A DNA stretch of 64,000 nt from an uncultured Acidobacterium sp. (GCA_964610635.1 CAZSWI010000003.1:194-64193), one strand, 5' to 3'. Positions 18,013 to 27,262 are shown, counted from the first letter of the stretch. Numbers and translations: made by a program. The notes: generated by a model not told the origin, from the letters alone.

Positions 18013-19268
18013 CCCACAACTCGAAAAACAAGTCGAACGATATACCTTTTCTTGACCTGGTGACTCCGCATATGGAGCTCGAGGAAGAACTCACCGGGGT
18101 ATTCCGGCAGGCGTTGCGCACGGCCGGATTCATCGGCGGACCGATGGTCGAGGAGTTCGAGCGGGCCTTCGCGTCGTTCTGCGGCGTCAGCTATGCGGTC
18201 GGCCTGAACAGCGGGACGGACGCGCTGCGCTTCGCGCTCATGGCGTGCGGCATTCAGGCGGGCGACGTGGTGGTGACCGTACCGCACACGTTTATTGCGA
18301 CGACCGAAGCCATCTCCCAGGCGGGAGCGATCCCGGAGTTTGTGGACATCGACGAGAACACCTGCAACATGTCGGCCGAGAGGCTGCGGGTGTATCTGGA
18401 GGAAGAGTGCACGCGGGACGCGACCGGGCGGGCGATCAGCCGGCGGAGCGGGCGGCCGGTGACCGCGGTTGTGCCGGTGCACCTCTACGGGCAGATGGCG
18501 GACATGGATGCGATTCTCGGTCTGGCGGCCGAATACCATCTGACCGTCATTGAAGACGCATGCCAGGCGCACGGCGCGCAGTACTTTTCGAGGAAGCTGA
18601 ACCGCTGGATGGAAGCGGGACAGATGGGGCGGGCGGCGGCCTTCAGTTTCTATCCGGGCAAGAACCTGGGCGCATGCGGAGAGGCGGGGGCGACAACGAC
18701 GAACGACGCCGAAGTGGCGCGCACGACAAGAATGCTGCGCGATCACGGACAGGCGAAGAAGTATCACCACGACATTGAGGGTTACAACGGACGGCTGGAT
18801 GCGATTCAGGCCGGGTTGCTGCATGTGAAGCTGGGGCATCTGGCCAGATGGAATGCGGAGCGCCGCGAGCGGGCCGCGGAGTACGATCGTCTGCTGGCCG
18901 GCAACGACGGGGTGAAGTGCCCGTTTGAGCCTTCGTGGTCGAAGGCCGTCTATCACCTGTATGTGATTCGGGTCGCGGACCGGGATGGGCTGATGAGCCA
19001 TCTCAATGCGGCAGGGATCGGTTCGGGCGTTCATTATCCGGTTCCACTGCATCTGCAGAAGGCCTATGCGGGGAGGGGCTACAGCGCGGGGGACTTTCCG
19101 GTGACCACACGGGTGGCGTCGAGCATTGTGTCGCTGCCAATGTATCCGCAGCTGACGGCTTTGCAGCAGGCACGCGTCGCCGAGGAGGTTCTGGAGTTTA
19201 CAGCGGAGTCTGCGCGGCGCGCGGAAACCGCGAAGGGCAGAGCGGTGCTTGCTGAAGTGATCCGATGA
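18009..19268 (+). CDS. DegT/DnrJ/EryC1/StrS-family PLP-dependent sugar aminotransferase (WbpE-like)
   Basis: ATGA overlap with the upstream gene. The sequence contains IPFLDL..., VIEDACQAHGA and SFYPGKNLGACGEAG (PLP lysine context). Confidence 0.9.
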   Translation: MTHNSKNKSNDIPFLDLVTPHMELEEELTGVFRQALRTAGFIGGPMVEEFERAFASFCGVSYAVGLNSGTDALRFALMACGIQAGDVVVTVPHTFIATTEAISQAGAIPEFVDIDENTCNMSAERLRVYLEEECTRDATGRAISRRSGRPVTAVVPVHLYGQMADMDAILGLAAEYHLTVIEDACQAHGAQYFSRKLNRWMEAGQMGRAAAFSFYPGKNLGACGEAGATTTNDAEVARTTRMLRDHGQAKKYHHDIEGYNGRLDAIQAGLLHVKLGHLARWNAERRERAAEYDRLLAGNDGVKCPFEPSWSKAVYHLYVIRVADRDGLMSHLNAAGIGSGVHYPVPLHLQKAYAGRGYSAGDFPVTTRVASSIVSLPMYPQLTALQQARVAEEVLEFTAESARRAETAKGRAVLAEVIR

Positions 19269-20626
19269 TCGAGACCACGAAACAGGGAGGTCTGGCGACC
19301 GAGGATCCGGAAGGGCCTGGCGACAGGCCGTTGGGGACGGACTCGGGGACGGACGCGGGACCGATGCCGGCGAGGACCGTTACGACGGGGAAGCGGCTGG
19401 CGGGGAAGCGGGCCGGGATGGTGGTGTTTTCTCACTATCCTGCCGATCCTCGGCCGCGGCGCGCGGCGCAGGCGCTCGTGAGCGAAGGAATGCGGGTGGA
19501 TCTGATCTGCGAGCAGGACGCAGGGTCTCCGAAACGGGAGATGGCGGACGGACTCGAGATCATACGGATTCCGATCCGTCACAGCCGGGGCGGCTTTCTC
19601 TCCTACGCGTATCAATATGCCACGTTCATTCTGATGTCGGCGGCCATCTTTCTATGGCGTTCGCTCCGGCGCCGGTACGATCTGATCTATGTGCACAACA
19701 TGCCCGATATTCTGGTAATCAGCGGGCTGATTCCTAAATTGTTCGGAGCAAAGCTGATACTCGATCAGCATGACCCGATGCCTGAGTTGATGATGACGAT
19801 CTTCAACAAGGACAAGGAGAGTTTTGGGGTTCGGGCCATTCGCCGGCTTGAAAAATGGAGCATTGCGCGCGCCGATCTGGTGATCACGGTGAGCGTCACC
19901 TTCAAGCGAATCTTCTGCGGGCGCGGCTGCCCGGCCGGGAAGGTCGGGGTCGTGATGAATACTCCGGACGAGAGCCTCTTTCCCTGCCGCGCGGCGCGTT
20001 CCTATCCGGTCCGCGATGCCGGCGACCCGCTGGCGATCATGTATCACGGGCTTCTGGAGAGCCGGAACGGCCTGCACCTCGCGGTGGACGCGCTGTCGCG
20101 ATTTCAAAAAAGGTTCCCGAATGTGGAGCTGCGCATCTATGGGCGGAGCACGCCCTATCTCGAACAGGTGATGGAGACGGTTCGCGGTCTGGGTCTCGAG
20201 GGCAGCGTTCATTATCTGGGGCCGAGGAAACTCGAAGACCTGGCGCGGGAGATCGAGCAGTGCGACGTGGGCATCGTTCCGAATCCGCGCAACGATTTCA
20301 CGGCCATCAATACGCCGACGCGGATTCTTGAATACCTGGCGCTCGGCAAGCCGGTCATCGCTCCGCGCACCGAAGGAATCGAGGATTATTTTGCGGCCGA
20401 TGCGTTGATCTATTTCGAGCCCGGCGATTCGAAGGATTTCGAGGAAAAACTGGAGTACGTGGCGACTCATCCTGGCGAGGCGGTTGCGACCGCGGAGCGG
20501 GGGCAGCAGGTGTACCTGCGGCATACGTGGGGGGAGGAGAGAGAGACACTGGTGAGCCTGGTGGCTCGGCTGCTCGGCCGGGGCCAGTTCGATCGGGGCA
20601 AGCTCGATCGGGCGAAGATGGCCTGA
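19265..20626 (+). CDS. Glycosyltransferase family 4 (GT-B, 'group 1')
   Basis: ATGA overlap with the upstream gene. A low-complexity N-terminus is followed by MVVFSHYPADPRPRRAAQAL. The C-terminal GT-B nucleotide-binding region reads RILEYLALGKPVIAPRTEGIEDYF. Confidence 0.8.
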   Translation: MIETTKQGGLATEDPEGPGDRPLGTDSGTDAGPMPARTVTTGKRLAGKRAGMVVFSHYPADPRPRRAAQALVSEGMRVDLICEQDAGSPKREMADGLEIIRIPIRHSRGGFLSYAYQYATFILMSAAIFLWRSLRRRYDLIYVHNMPDILVISGLIPKLFGAKLILDQHDPMPELMMTIFNKDKESFGVRAIRRLEKWSIARADLVITVSVTFKRIFCGRGCPAGKVGVVMNTPDESLFPCRAARSYPVRDAGDPLAIMYHGLLESRNGLHLAVDALSRFQKRFPNVELRIYGRSTPYLEQVMETVRGLGLEGSVHYLGPRKLEDLAREIEQCDVGIVPNPRNDFTAINTPTRILEYLALGKPVIAPRTEGIEDYFAADALIYFEPGDSKDFEEKLEYVATHPGEAVATAERGQQVYLRHTWGEERETLVSLVARLLGRGQFDRGKLDRAKMA

Positions 20627-20672
20627 GAGCCTGCCAGGATATCATCGGACCAGCTGCCGCGGACTAACCGGG

Positions 20673-22124
20673 ATGCCTCCTTTTATAGCACTTGTACTGT
20701 GGCTTATCTGCCTGGCCGCACTGTTGGTTTTCGACCCCGCCAACGATGCGAGGCTGTCGCCCGCGTCGTGGTTGACGGTAATCTGGCTGTTCATCGCCGG
20801 GACACGATTGCCTTCGCAATGGATTGGCGGCGCGGGAACGATGTCGGCGGCTGCGCTGGAGGATGGAAATCCGCTGGACAGGGCTATCTTCATGGCCCTG
20901 ATCCTGCTCTCGATCTGGATTCTGATCTCGAGATCGTTCAGGTGGAGCGGGTTTTTCGTATCCAACTGGGCACTGACGGCTTTCCTGGCGCTGGCGCTGA
21001 TCAGCGCGGTCTGGTCGGACTTTCCCCTGATCGCAATCAAGCGCTGGATACGCGATTTCGGGACTTACCTGATCGTTCTTGTAGTGCTCTCCGATCCTCG
21101 ACCGGTCGAGGCGGTGCGAGCGGTGCTGCGGCGGTTGAGTTATCTGCTGATTCCGCTGTCGATTATGCTCGACAAGTATTTTCCGGAAGTCAGCAAGCAA
21201 TACGACCCATGGACCGGCATTGGTTATTACGCCGGGGCCAGCACGAGCAAGAACATGCTGGGGCTGATGTGCCTGGTGAGCGGGTTGTTTTTCTTCTGGG
21301 ACATCGTAACGCGGTGGCGTGACCGGAAGCAAAAGCGCACGAAGCGGATTTTGCTGATCGACGCGGCGCTTTTCGGAATGACGGTATGGCTGCTGCATAC
21401 AGCTGAGAGCACGACATCGTATGTCTGTCTGGGGATAGGATGCATGGTGCTGCTGCTGGCGCACACCGGGTTTTACCGGCGCCACCCGCGGCTGGTGCAG
21501 ATCCTGATCCCGTCTCTCTTCTGCGCTTACCTGTTCCTCGATTTTGGGCTGGGCATGAATGGCTCCCTGGCGCAGGCAGTGGGCAAGAACGCGACGCTGA
21601 GCGACCGGACCAAAATCTGGGCGTTCCTGCTCAGCATGCATACGAACCCGGTGATTGGCACCGGGTACCAGACCTTCTGGCTGGGCTGGCGCCTCCAGTA
21701 TGTCTGGACCAAGTCCGGACTGGGCTTTCTGAACGAGGCCCACAACGGCTATCTCGAGGTCTATCTCGAAGAGGGCATGGTGGGGGTTGCGGTACTCGCC
21801 GTTTTCCTGGCGCAGAGCTACCACGGGATCTGCAAACGGTTGAAGCGATCGTCCAGTCTCGCCGTGCTGGGTATGGCGGTATGGATTGCATTCTTGTTTT
21901 ACAACATGTCGGAAGCCGCGTTTGAGAGCGGCTTGTTTTATGCGATGTTCCTGCTGGGAGTCGTTGTGCTTCCGGCCTCGAAAAAGCAGTTACAGGCCTC
22001 CGCCGCATCCGGCAGGAAGAAGCCGGGAACATCAGCTCCCAGGCTTGCGGCGGAAGCAGCCAGCGCGCGCACCACGCAGTGGATGGCGCACGGAAATCCA
22101 CCTGAAATCGGAACCCGTTCATAA
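20673..22124 (+). CDS. O-antigen ligase / Wzy-like polymerase family membrane protein
   Basis: It has many TM helices. The large-loop motif GLGFLNEAHNGYLEVYLEEGMVG is typical of the Wzy_C/O-antigen-ligase family. Confidence 0.8.
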   Translation: MPPFIALVLWLICLAALLVFDPANDARLSPASWLTVIWLFIAGTRLPSQWIGGAGTMSAAALEDGNPLDRAIFMALILLSIWILISRSFRWSGFFVSNWALTAFLALALISAVWSDFPLIAIKRWIRDFGTYLIVLVVLSDPRPVEAVRAVLRRLSYLLIPLSIMLDKYFPEVSKQYDPWTGIGYYAGASTSKNMLGLMCLVSGLFFFWDIVTRWRDRKQKRTKRILLIDAALFGMTVWLLHTAESTTSYVCLGIGCMVLLLAHTGFYRRHPRLVQILIPSLFCAYLFLDFGLGMNGSLAQAVGKNATLSDRTKIWAFLLSMHTNPVIGTGYQTFWLGWRLQYVWTKSGLGFLNEAHNGYLEVYLEEGMVGVAVLAVFLAQSYHGICKRLKRSSSLAVLGMAVWIAFLFYNMSEAAFESGLFYAMFLLGVVVLPASKKQLQASAASGRKKPGTSAPRLAAEAASARTTQWMAHGNPPEIGTRS

Positions 22125-22181
22125 AGAGAACCCGATTTGTGGTTCCAAGGGGACGGGCCTGGAAAAAAGAGCGCGGAGACT

Positions 22182-23102
22182 ATGGATATTTGCGGTAAAG
22201 AAGGGCTGATCGAGGGGAGGCTGGTGCGCATTGCCCGCCTCGATGCGGAAGGATTCGACTTTACAGAGGACCCGGAGGCGGCGCTGGCTGCTGTCCGGAA
22301 GTCGCGGTCGCGCGCCGATGTGTTTACGTTCATCCAGAGGCTGTCGAATACCACGCCACAATACAGCTATGCGATGGAGTGGGACAACATGGCGGCGCTC
22401 CGCATCACCACCTTCGACGACTGGATGACGAATCAGATCGATTTCAAGGCCAGGAACAAGGCCCGCAAGGCCGGGAAAAACGGCGTGACGGTGGCGGAGG
22501 TTCCTTTCAACGACTGGCTGGTTCGTGAGATATCCGCAATTTACAACGAGTGCCCGATCCGGCAGGGAAAGCCCTTCTGGCACTACGGAAAAGATCTTGA
22601 GGCCGTGCGCCGGGTGAACGAGACGTTTCTGGAGCGCAGTGTTTTTATCGGCGCCTCGCTCGAAGGCAGGCTGATTGGCTTTGTAAAGCTCGTTATGGAC
22701 GAGGAAAGAAGCCAGGCGGGGCTGATGCAGATTGTTTCGATGGTGGGGCAGCGGGACAAGGCCCCGACCAACGCGCTGATTGCCCAGGCGGTGAAATCGT
22801 GCGCGGACCGGGGAGTCCAGCACCTGTGGTACGCGAAGTTCTCGTACGGCAAAAAGGAGCGGGACAGTCTGGCCGACTTCAAGGCGAACAACGGCTTTAA
22901 GAAGGTCGAGATTCCCCGGTACTACATTCCATTAACGGTGGCGGGGAAGGTGGCGCTGCGGTTCGGCCTGCATCGCACGGCGGCGGACTGGGTTCCTGAA
23001 TCGGTGGCGGCAAGGTACAGGAAGCTGCGCAACAACTGGTACGAGGCAAAACTTCGTGGCGCAGGTCCCAAGACGCCGGCAGTTGCCGGACATTCGGACT
23101 AA
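22182..23102 (+). CDS. FemAB/CelD-like GNAT-fold acyltransferase
   Basis: The ATG at 22182 follows GGAG; the ORF is open from 22137. The pattern FKARNKARKAGKNGVTV...LIGFVKLVMDEERSQAGLMQIVS...ADFKANNGFKKVEIPRYY resembles FemAB-related/BioF2-like GNAT proteins found in EPS loci. Confidence 0.6.
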   Translation: MDICGKEGLIEGRLVRIARLDAEGFDFTEDPEAALAAVRKSRSRADVFTFIQRLSNTTPQYSYAMEWDNMAALRITTFDDWMTNQIDFKARNKARKAGKNGVTVAEVPFNDWLVREISAIYNECPIRQGKPFWHYGKDLEAVRRVNETFLERSVFIGASLEGRLIGFVKLVMDEERSQAGLMQIVSMVGQRDKAPTNALIAQAVKSCADRGVQHLWYAKFSYGKKERDSLADFKANNGFKKVEIPRYYIPLTVAGKVALRFGLHRTAADWVPESVAARYRKLRNNWYEAKLRGAGPKTPAVAGHSD

Positions 23103-23159
23103 CGCGCAGAAAATGTCAGGCGCAGAACTGAACAACGTGCAAGGCGGAAGACTTTAGAT

Positions 23160-25052
23160 ATGCCAGGAATTGTGGGATGCATAACGCGCCGGCCGCGGGC
23201 GGTGGCGGAAGCCGAAGTGCGGCGCATGACGGAAGCGCTGCTGCACAAGCGCGCGTACGTCTCCGGCACATGGGCGGATGAGTCGCTGGGCGTCTATATC
23301 GGATGGGTGGCGCGGAAGGGTTCTTTCGCAGACCGGATGCCGCTCGCGAATGAAACAGGCGATATCGCCCTGGCGTTTGCCGGCGAGGATTTTCCGGAAC
23401 CGGGGACGGTTGAAGGCCTGCAGCAGCGTGGACACGCCGTCGAGCCTGATGGGCCGTCGTATCTGGTGCATCTCTATGAGGAGTGCAGGCACGAGGACGA
23501 TCCGTCTTTTCCGGCGCGGCTGAATGGGAGATTCCACGGGTTACTGGCCGACAGCGGCCGGGGCGAGGCCGTTCTCTTCAACGACCGTTATGGGATGCAC
23601 CGGATTTATTACCACGAGGCGAAGGACGCATTCTATTTTGCCGCCGAGGCGAAGGCGATTCTGGCGGTGCGGCCCGAGCTGAGGCGGATGGATTACCAGG
23701 GCCTGGGAGAATTTGTTTCCTGTGGCGCGGTGCTTGAGAACAGGACTTTGTTCGAAGGCATCCAGGTCCTGCCTCCGGGGTCTGCATGGAAGTTTCGCAA
23801 CGGATTCCTCGAGCAAAAGAGCAGCTATTTCGAACCGAAAGAGTGGGAGGATCAGGAAACCCTCGACCCGGAGGCGTGGTATCAGGAGCTGCGGTCGGCG
23901 TTCACGCGCAACCTTCCGCGTTACTTTGCCGGGCGCGAGCGGATTGGGATGTCGCTGACCGGGGGCCTTGACACGCGCATGGTTCTGGCCTGCCGGGAGG
24001 CTGGCCCCGGCTCGCTGCCTTGTTACACCTTCGGAAGCATGTTCGGTGAGCACGAAGATCTGCGGATCGCGCGGCGTGTAGCTGCGATTTGCGGCCAGCC
24101 GCATCGGGTTCTCACGGCGGGAGCGGAGTTTCTGTCGCAGTTCGGCCATTATGCCGAGCGCGCCGTCTACCTGACCGATGGGTGCGTCGATGTAAGCCGG
24201 TCTCCCGACCTCTATCTGAACGAAAGGGCGCGGGAGATTGCGCCAGCCCGCATGACGGGACTGTATGGGGGAGAGCTGCTGCGGGGCTTTCGGGCATTCA
24301 AGCCGTCGGAACCGACCGTTGATTTGTATAGTAAGGAATTTCTCTCGAACATTCGCGAGACCGCGGCGACGTATGCAGGAGTGATTCATGGCAGTCACCT
24401 GTCGTTTGCGGCGTTCCGGCAGGGCCCGTGGTATCTGTACGGATCGCTGTCGCTCGAGCAGACGCAGCTGACGATGCGGTCTCCCTTCCTCGATAATGAC
24501 TTTGTCCGAACCATCTTTCGCGCGCCGGCTTCGGCTCTCGGCAACGACGATGTTTCGCTGCGGCTGATCGGGGACGGCAATCGCGCTTTGCGGGCCATAC
24601 CGACGGATCGCGGGGTGGGCGGCGACCGGGGAAAACTGCGGGGAGGAATCTCCCACGCGTGGCTCGAGTTTCTGTTCAAAGCCGAGTATGCGTACGACAT
24701 GGGAATGCCGCAATGGCTGGCGCGGGTGGATCATACATTTTCGGCGCTCCATCTGGAGCGGCTGTTTCTGGGCCGGCACAAGCCGTTTCATTTTCGTGTG
24801 TGGTACCGCGACGCTCTGGCCGGATACCTCCGGGAAATGCTGCTCGACGAACGGGCGCTGACGAGGCCCTACATCGAGCGCAGAAATCTCGAGGCCGTGG
24901 TCGAGGGTCATGTGAAAGGAAACCGGAACTTCACGGTCGAACTGCACAAGGTGCTGACGCTCGAACTGGTGCACCGCATTTTCGTGGATGGGCAGGATGG
25001 GGGACGACCGGGAGAATCCCTGGCCTCCGCGGTACCAGCGGCCGCTTTCTAG
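23160..25052 (+). CDS. Asparagine-synthetase-B-family adenylating enzyme lacking the N-terminal Cys nucleophile
   Basis: The N-terminus is MPGIVGC rather than MCG. The glutaminase-like fold is retained (LNGRFHGLLAD...LFNDRYGMHRIYYHE). The PP-loop variant MSLTGGLDTRMVLA is present in the synthetase domain. Confidence 0.8.
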   Translation: MPGIVGCITRRPRAVAEAEVRRMTEALLHKRAYVSGTWADESLGVYIGWVARKGSFADRMPLANETGDIALAFAGEDFPEPGTVEGLQQRGHAVEPDGPSYLVHLYEECRHEDDPSFPARLNGRFHGLLADSGRGEAVLFNDRYGMHRIYYHEAKDAFYFAAEAKAILAVRPELRRMDYQGLGEFVSCGAVLENRTLFEGIQVLPPGSAWKFRNGFLEQKSSYFEPKEWEDQETLDPEAWYQELRSAFTRNLPRYFAGRERIGMSLTGGLDTRMVLACREAGPGSLPCYTFGSMFGEHEDLRIARRVAAICGQPHRVLTAGAEFLSQFGHYAERAVYLTDGCVDVSRSPDLYLNERAREIAPARMTGLYGGELLRGFRAFKPSEPTVDLYSKEFLSNIRETAATYAGVIHGSHLSFAAFRQGPWYLYGSLSLEQTQLTMRSPFLDNDFVRTIFRAPASALGNDDVSLRLIGDGNRALRAIPTDRGVGGDRGKLRGGISHAWLEFLFKAEYAYDMGMPQWLARVDHTFSALHLERLFLGRHKPFHFRVWYRDALAGYLREMLLDERALTRPYIERRNLEAVVEGHVKGNRNFTVELHKVLTLELVHRIFVDGQDGGRPGESLASAVPAAAF

Positions 25053-25334
25053 AAATTTATTTTTGCTTCGCTGTGGATCCTGCCATGGAACCAACGTAAC
25101 TTACCGTGGCCATGAACAACACTTCGGTAACCATAACCAGATCACCAATGTACCGAAGATTCTTCGATTAATGCATGAATTCAGGCCATTTCTCTCCCGG
25201 CCGATGAGAAACTCCGGGTGGTAACTTTGGTGCTTGATACCGATGATCAAATCTGGACAATTAGCCTTGGGCAGCGTGATACTCACCTCAACAGAAATCC
25301 CAAATACTGGGTTTCCCCGAAAGGACGCTCCCCC

Positions 25335-26870
25335 GTGCTTAAGCATGCGTACGTCAAAATTTCGCCGCTTGTATTTCTTCTTGCCGTAATTTCCGCGGCA
25401 GAAGCGCAGACAACGATTAGCGCCGCCTCCTGCAACGTCTCCGATGTTCAGTCGGCACTGAACAAAATAACGTCGAACGGAACCACTGTAACCGTCCCGG
25501 CGGGCAGCTGCACCTGGACGTCGGGCATCACTTTTTCAACCCCATACTCGTTCACGCTCGCCGGCATGAGCGCCGCCGCGTCAACCAACGCGCAGGGCAA
25601 TCCGGCAACGTTCAACGACCTGACGCTGATCGTCGACGGACAGTCGGGAGGGGGCGGAAACAATCCCGCAATCGGGATCACTCTCACCGGAAGCTCTTCG
25701 CAGGTTGTGCGCGTGACGGGCCTGAGCTTTCAGGGCGGAAACGTTGTCTACAACGGCGAACTGGCGGTGGGCGGAGCCACGGGCCAGGCGCGCGTGGACC
25801 ACAATCACTTCATCAACATCAACGACCTTGCGGTGTCGATGTACGAGCCCATGACGGGGGTCGCGGACCATAACATCTTCGATGTGCCGAACGGCGATGT
25901 TTATAACGGGATTCGCGTCTATAACACCGGAGGGGACGGATTTGGGGACACGCCCTGGACGATGCCGCCGGGACTGGGAACCGGATCTTTCATCTTTTTC
26001 GAGAACAATACATTCAACAATGGCTTCATGAACGATTGCGAAGTCGGGGGAGCCTTCGTTGCCCGGTACAACACGTTCAACGCGCTGGCCCCCAATCAGA
26101 ACCTGGGCATTCAGAGCCACGCCACCGGATCGCAGCAGCGCGGAAGAGGATGCCGGGCGTGGGAAGTCTATGACAATTCTGTCGGCGGCGGCGGTGGTTC
26201 GATTATCTCCTCGGTAGGATTTCAGACGTCCGGGACCGGCGTGTGGTGGGGAAATACCATCGCCAACACGAAGAATGACATTGTGTTCGACGAGGACCGG
26301 GACAACTCGAATACCTATCAGCAAAGCGCCCCGCCGAATGGATGGGGGTATTGCGGCACGGCTCAGACCGGCTCCCTCAGCGCCTTTGACGGAAATCAGA
26401 GTTCCACTGGCTACCCTTGCCTCGACCAGATCGGACGCGGCCAGGGGGACATGATCAGCGGCATGTGGCCGACCGTTCTGGACACCGGCCATCCCGGTGT
26501 CTACACAGGCGTATGGCCGAACGAGGTTTTGCAGCCGGTTTATATCTGGATGGAAAACTTCAGCGGTACGGGGTCGATCGTCTCGGTCAGCAGTGGGGAA
26601 AACAACATCCAGGCGAATCGCGACTACTACGTCCCGGTGTCGCCGTTTACCGGCGCGACGGGAACAGGCTATGGCACGTACGCCTCGATTCCGGCGACCT
26701 GTACGACCGGCGTAGCGTACTGGGCGACAGATAAGAATCAGCTGTACGCCTGCACCGCGACGAACACATGGGCTCTCTACTATGCTCCTTACACCTACCC
26801 GCATCCGCTGGTGACCGGAACGAGTCCAGCTCCGCCCGCGTCGCTGTCAGGGACGATTCTCAATAACTAA
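25335..26870 (+). CDS. Secreted right-handed beta-helix protein (pectate-lyase-fold; possible polysaccharide depolymerase or epimerase)
   Basis: The GTG at 25335 gives the signal peptide VLKHAYVKISPLVFLLAVISAAEA. The sequence includes SCNVSDVQSALNKITSNGTTVTVPAGSCTW and repetitive beta-helix-like turns (HNHFININD..., HNIFDVPNGD..., NNTFNNGF...). The C-terminal YTYPHPL ending is common in such proteins. The ORF is open from 25218. Confidence 0.55.
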   Translation: MLKHAYVKISPLVFLLAVISAAEAQTTISAASCNVSDVQSALNKITSNGTTVTVPAGSCTWTSGITFSTPYSFTLAGMSAAASTNAQGNPATFNDLTLIVDGQSGGGGNNPAIGITLTGSSSQVVRVTGLSFQGGNVVYNGELAVGGATGQARVDHNHFININDLAVSMYEPMTGVADHNIFDVPNGDVYNGIRVYNTGGDGFGDTPWTMPPGLGTGSFIFFENNTFNNGFMNDCEVGGAFVARYNTFNALAPNQNLGIQSHATGSQQRGRGCRAWEVYDNSVGGGGGSIISSVGFQTSGTGVWWGNTIANTKNDIVFDEDRDNSNTYQQSAPPNGWGYCGTAQTGSLSAFDGNQSSTGYPCLDQIGRGQGDMISGMWPTVLDTGHPGVYTGVWPNEVLQPVYIWMENFSGTGSIVSVSSGENNIQANRDYYVPVSPFTGATGTGYGTYASIPATCTTGVAYWATDKNQLYACTATNTWALYYAPYTYPHPLVTGTSPAPPASLSGTILNN

Positions 26871-27059
26871 TCTTAATAACCAGGGAGTTCGTCCGGTCCG
26901 GGATAGCGCGCCGCGGCGTTTGCCAGCGCAGAGGCCATGTTCCGGCTGAAAATACCAACCGTTGACCGGAGTCCGGGGAGCCTGCAGTTGAGGTCCCCGG
27001 GCGCTGGTTAACGTGCGGGCTTCGATTCTGCCCGGGCTCGCGTGTGGCCGGTCAACCTC

Positions 27060-27126
27060 GGTGAAACCAGGCCCAGTGAAACCAGGCCGGGTGAGACCAG
27101 GCCCGGTGAGACCGACCCGGTGAGAT
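27060..27126. repeat. Intergenic tandem repeat, 15-bp unit x about 4.4 (GGTGARACCAGGCCC)
   Basis: The units are ggtgaaaccaggccc, agtgaaaccaggccg, ggtgagaccaggccc, ggtgagaccgaccc and ggtgagat, read directly. Confidence 0.9.
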
Positions 27127-27262
27127 AAACTCTGCACGCCTCCTCTCTTGCGCGCCTCCCTGTTGCCTCGCCGGGCGGGATTTCGCTTGGGAGCGATGAC
27201 AAAGGGATACGTTTCGCCCTAGAGTTTGAGAATCAACTTGAAAGCACTGCCCCAATGCCGCT

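Noticed and set aside
27060-27126. Possibility that the short tandem arrays (27060, 30741, 32901, 34132) are CRISPR arrays.
   Set aside because: The units are directly adjacent with no unique spacers and are only 10-18 bp long. No cas genes are present.
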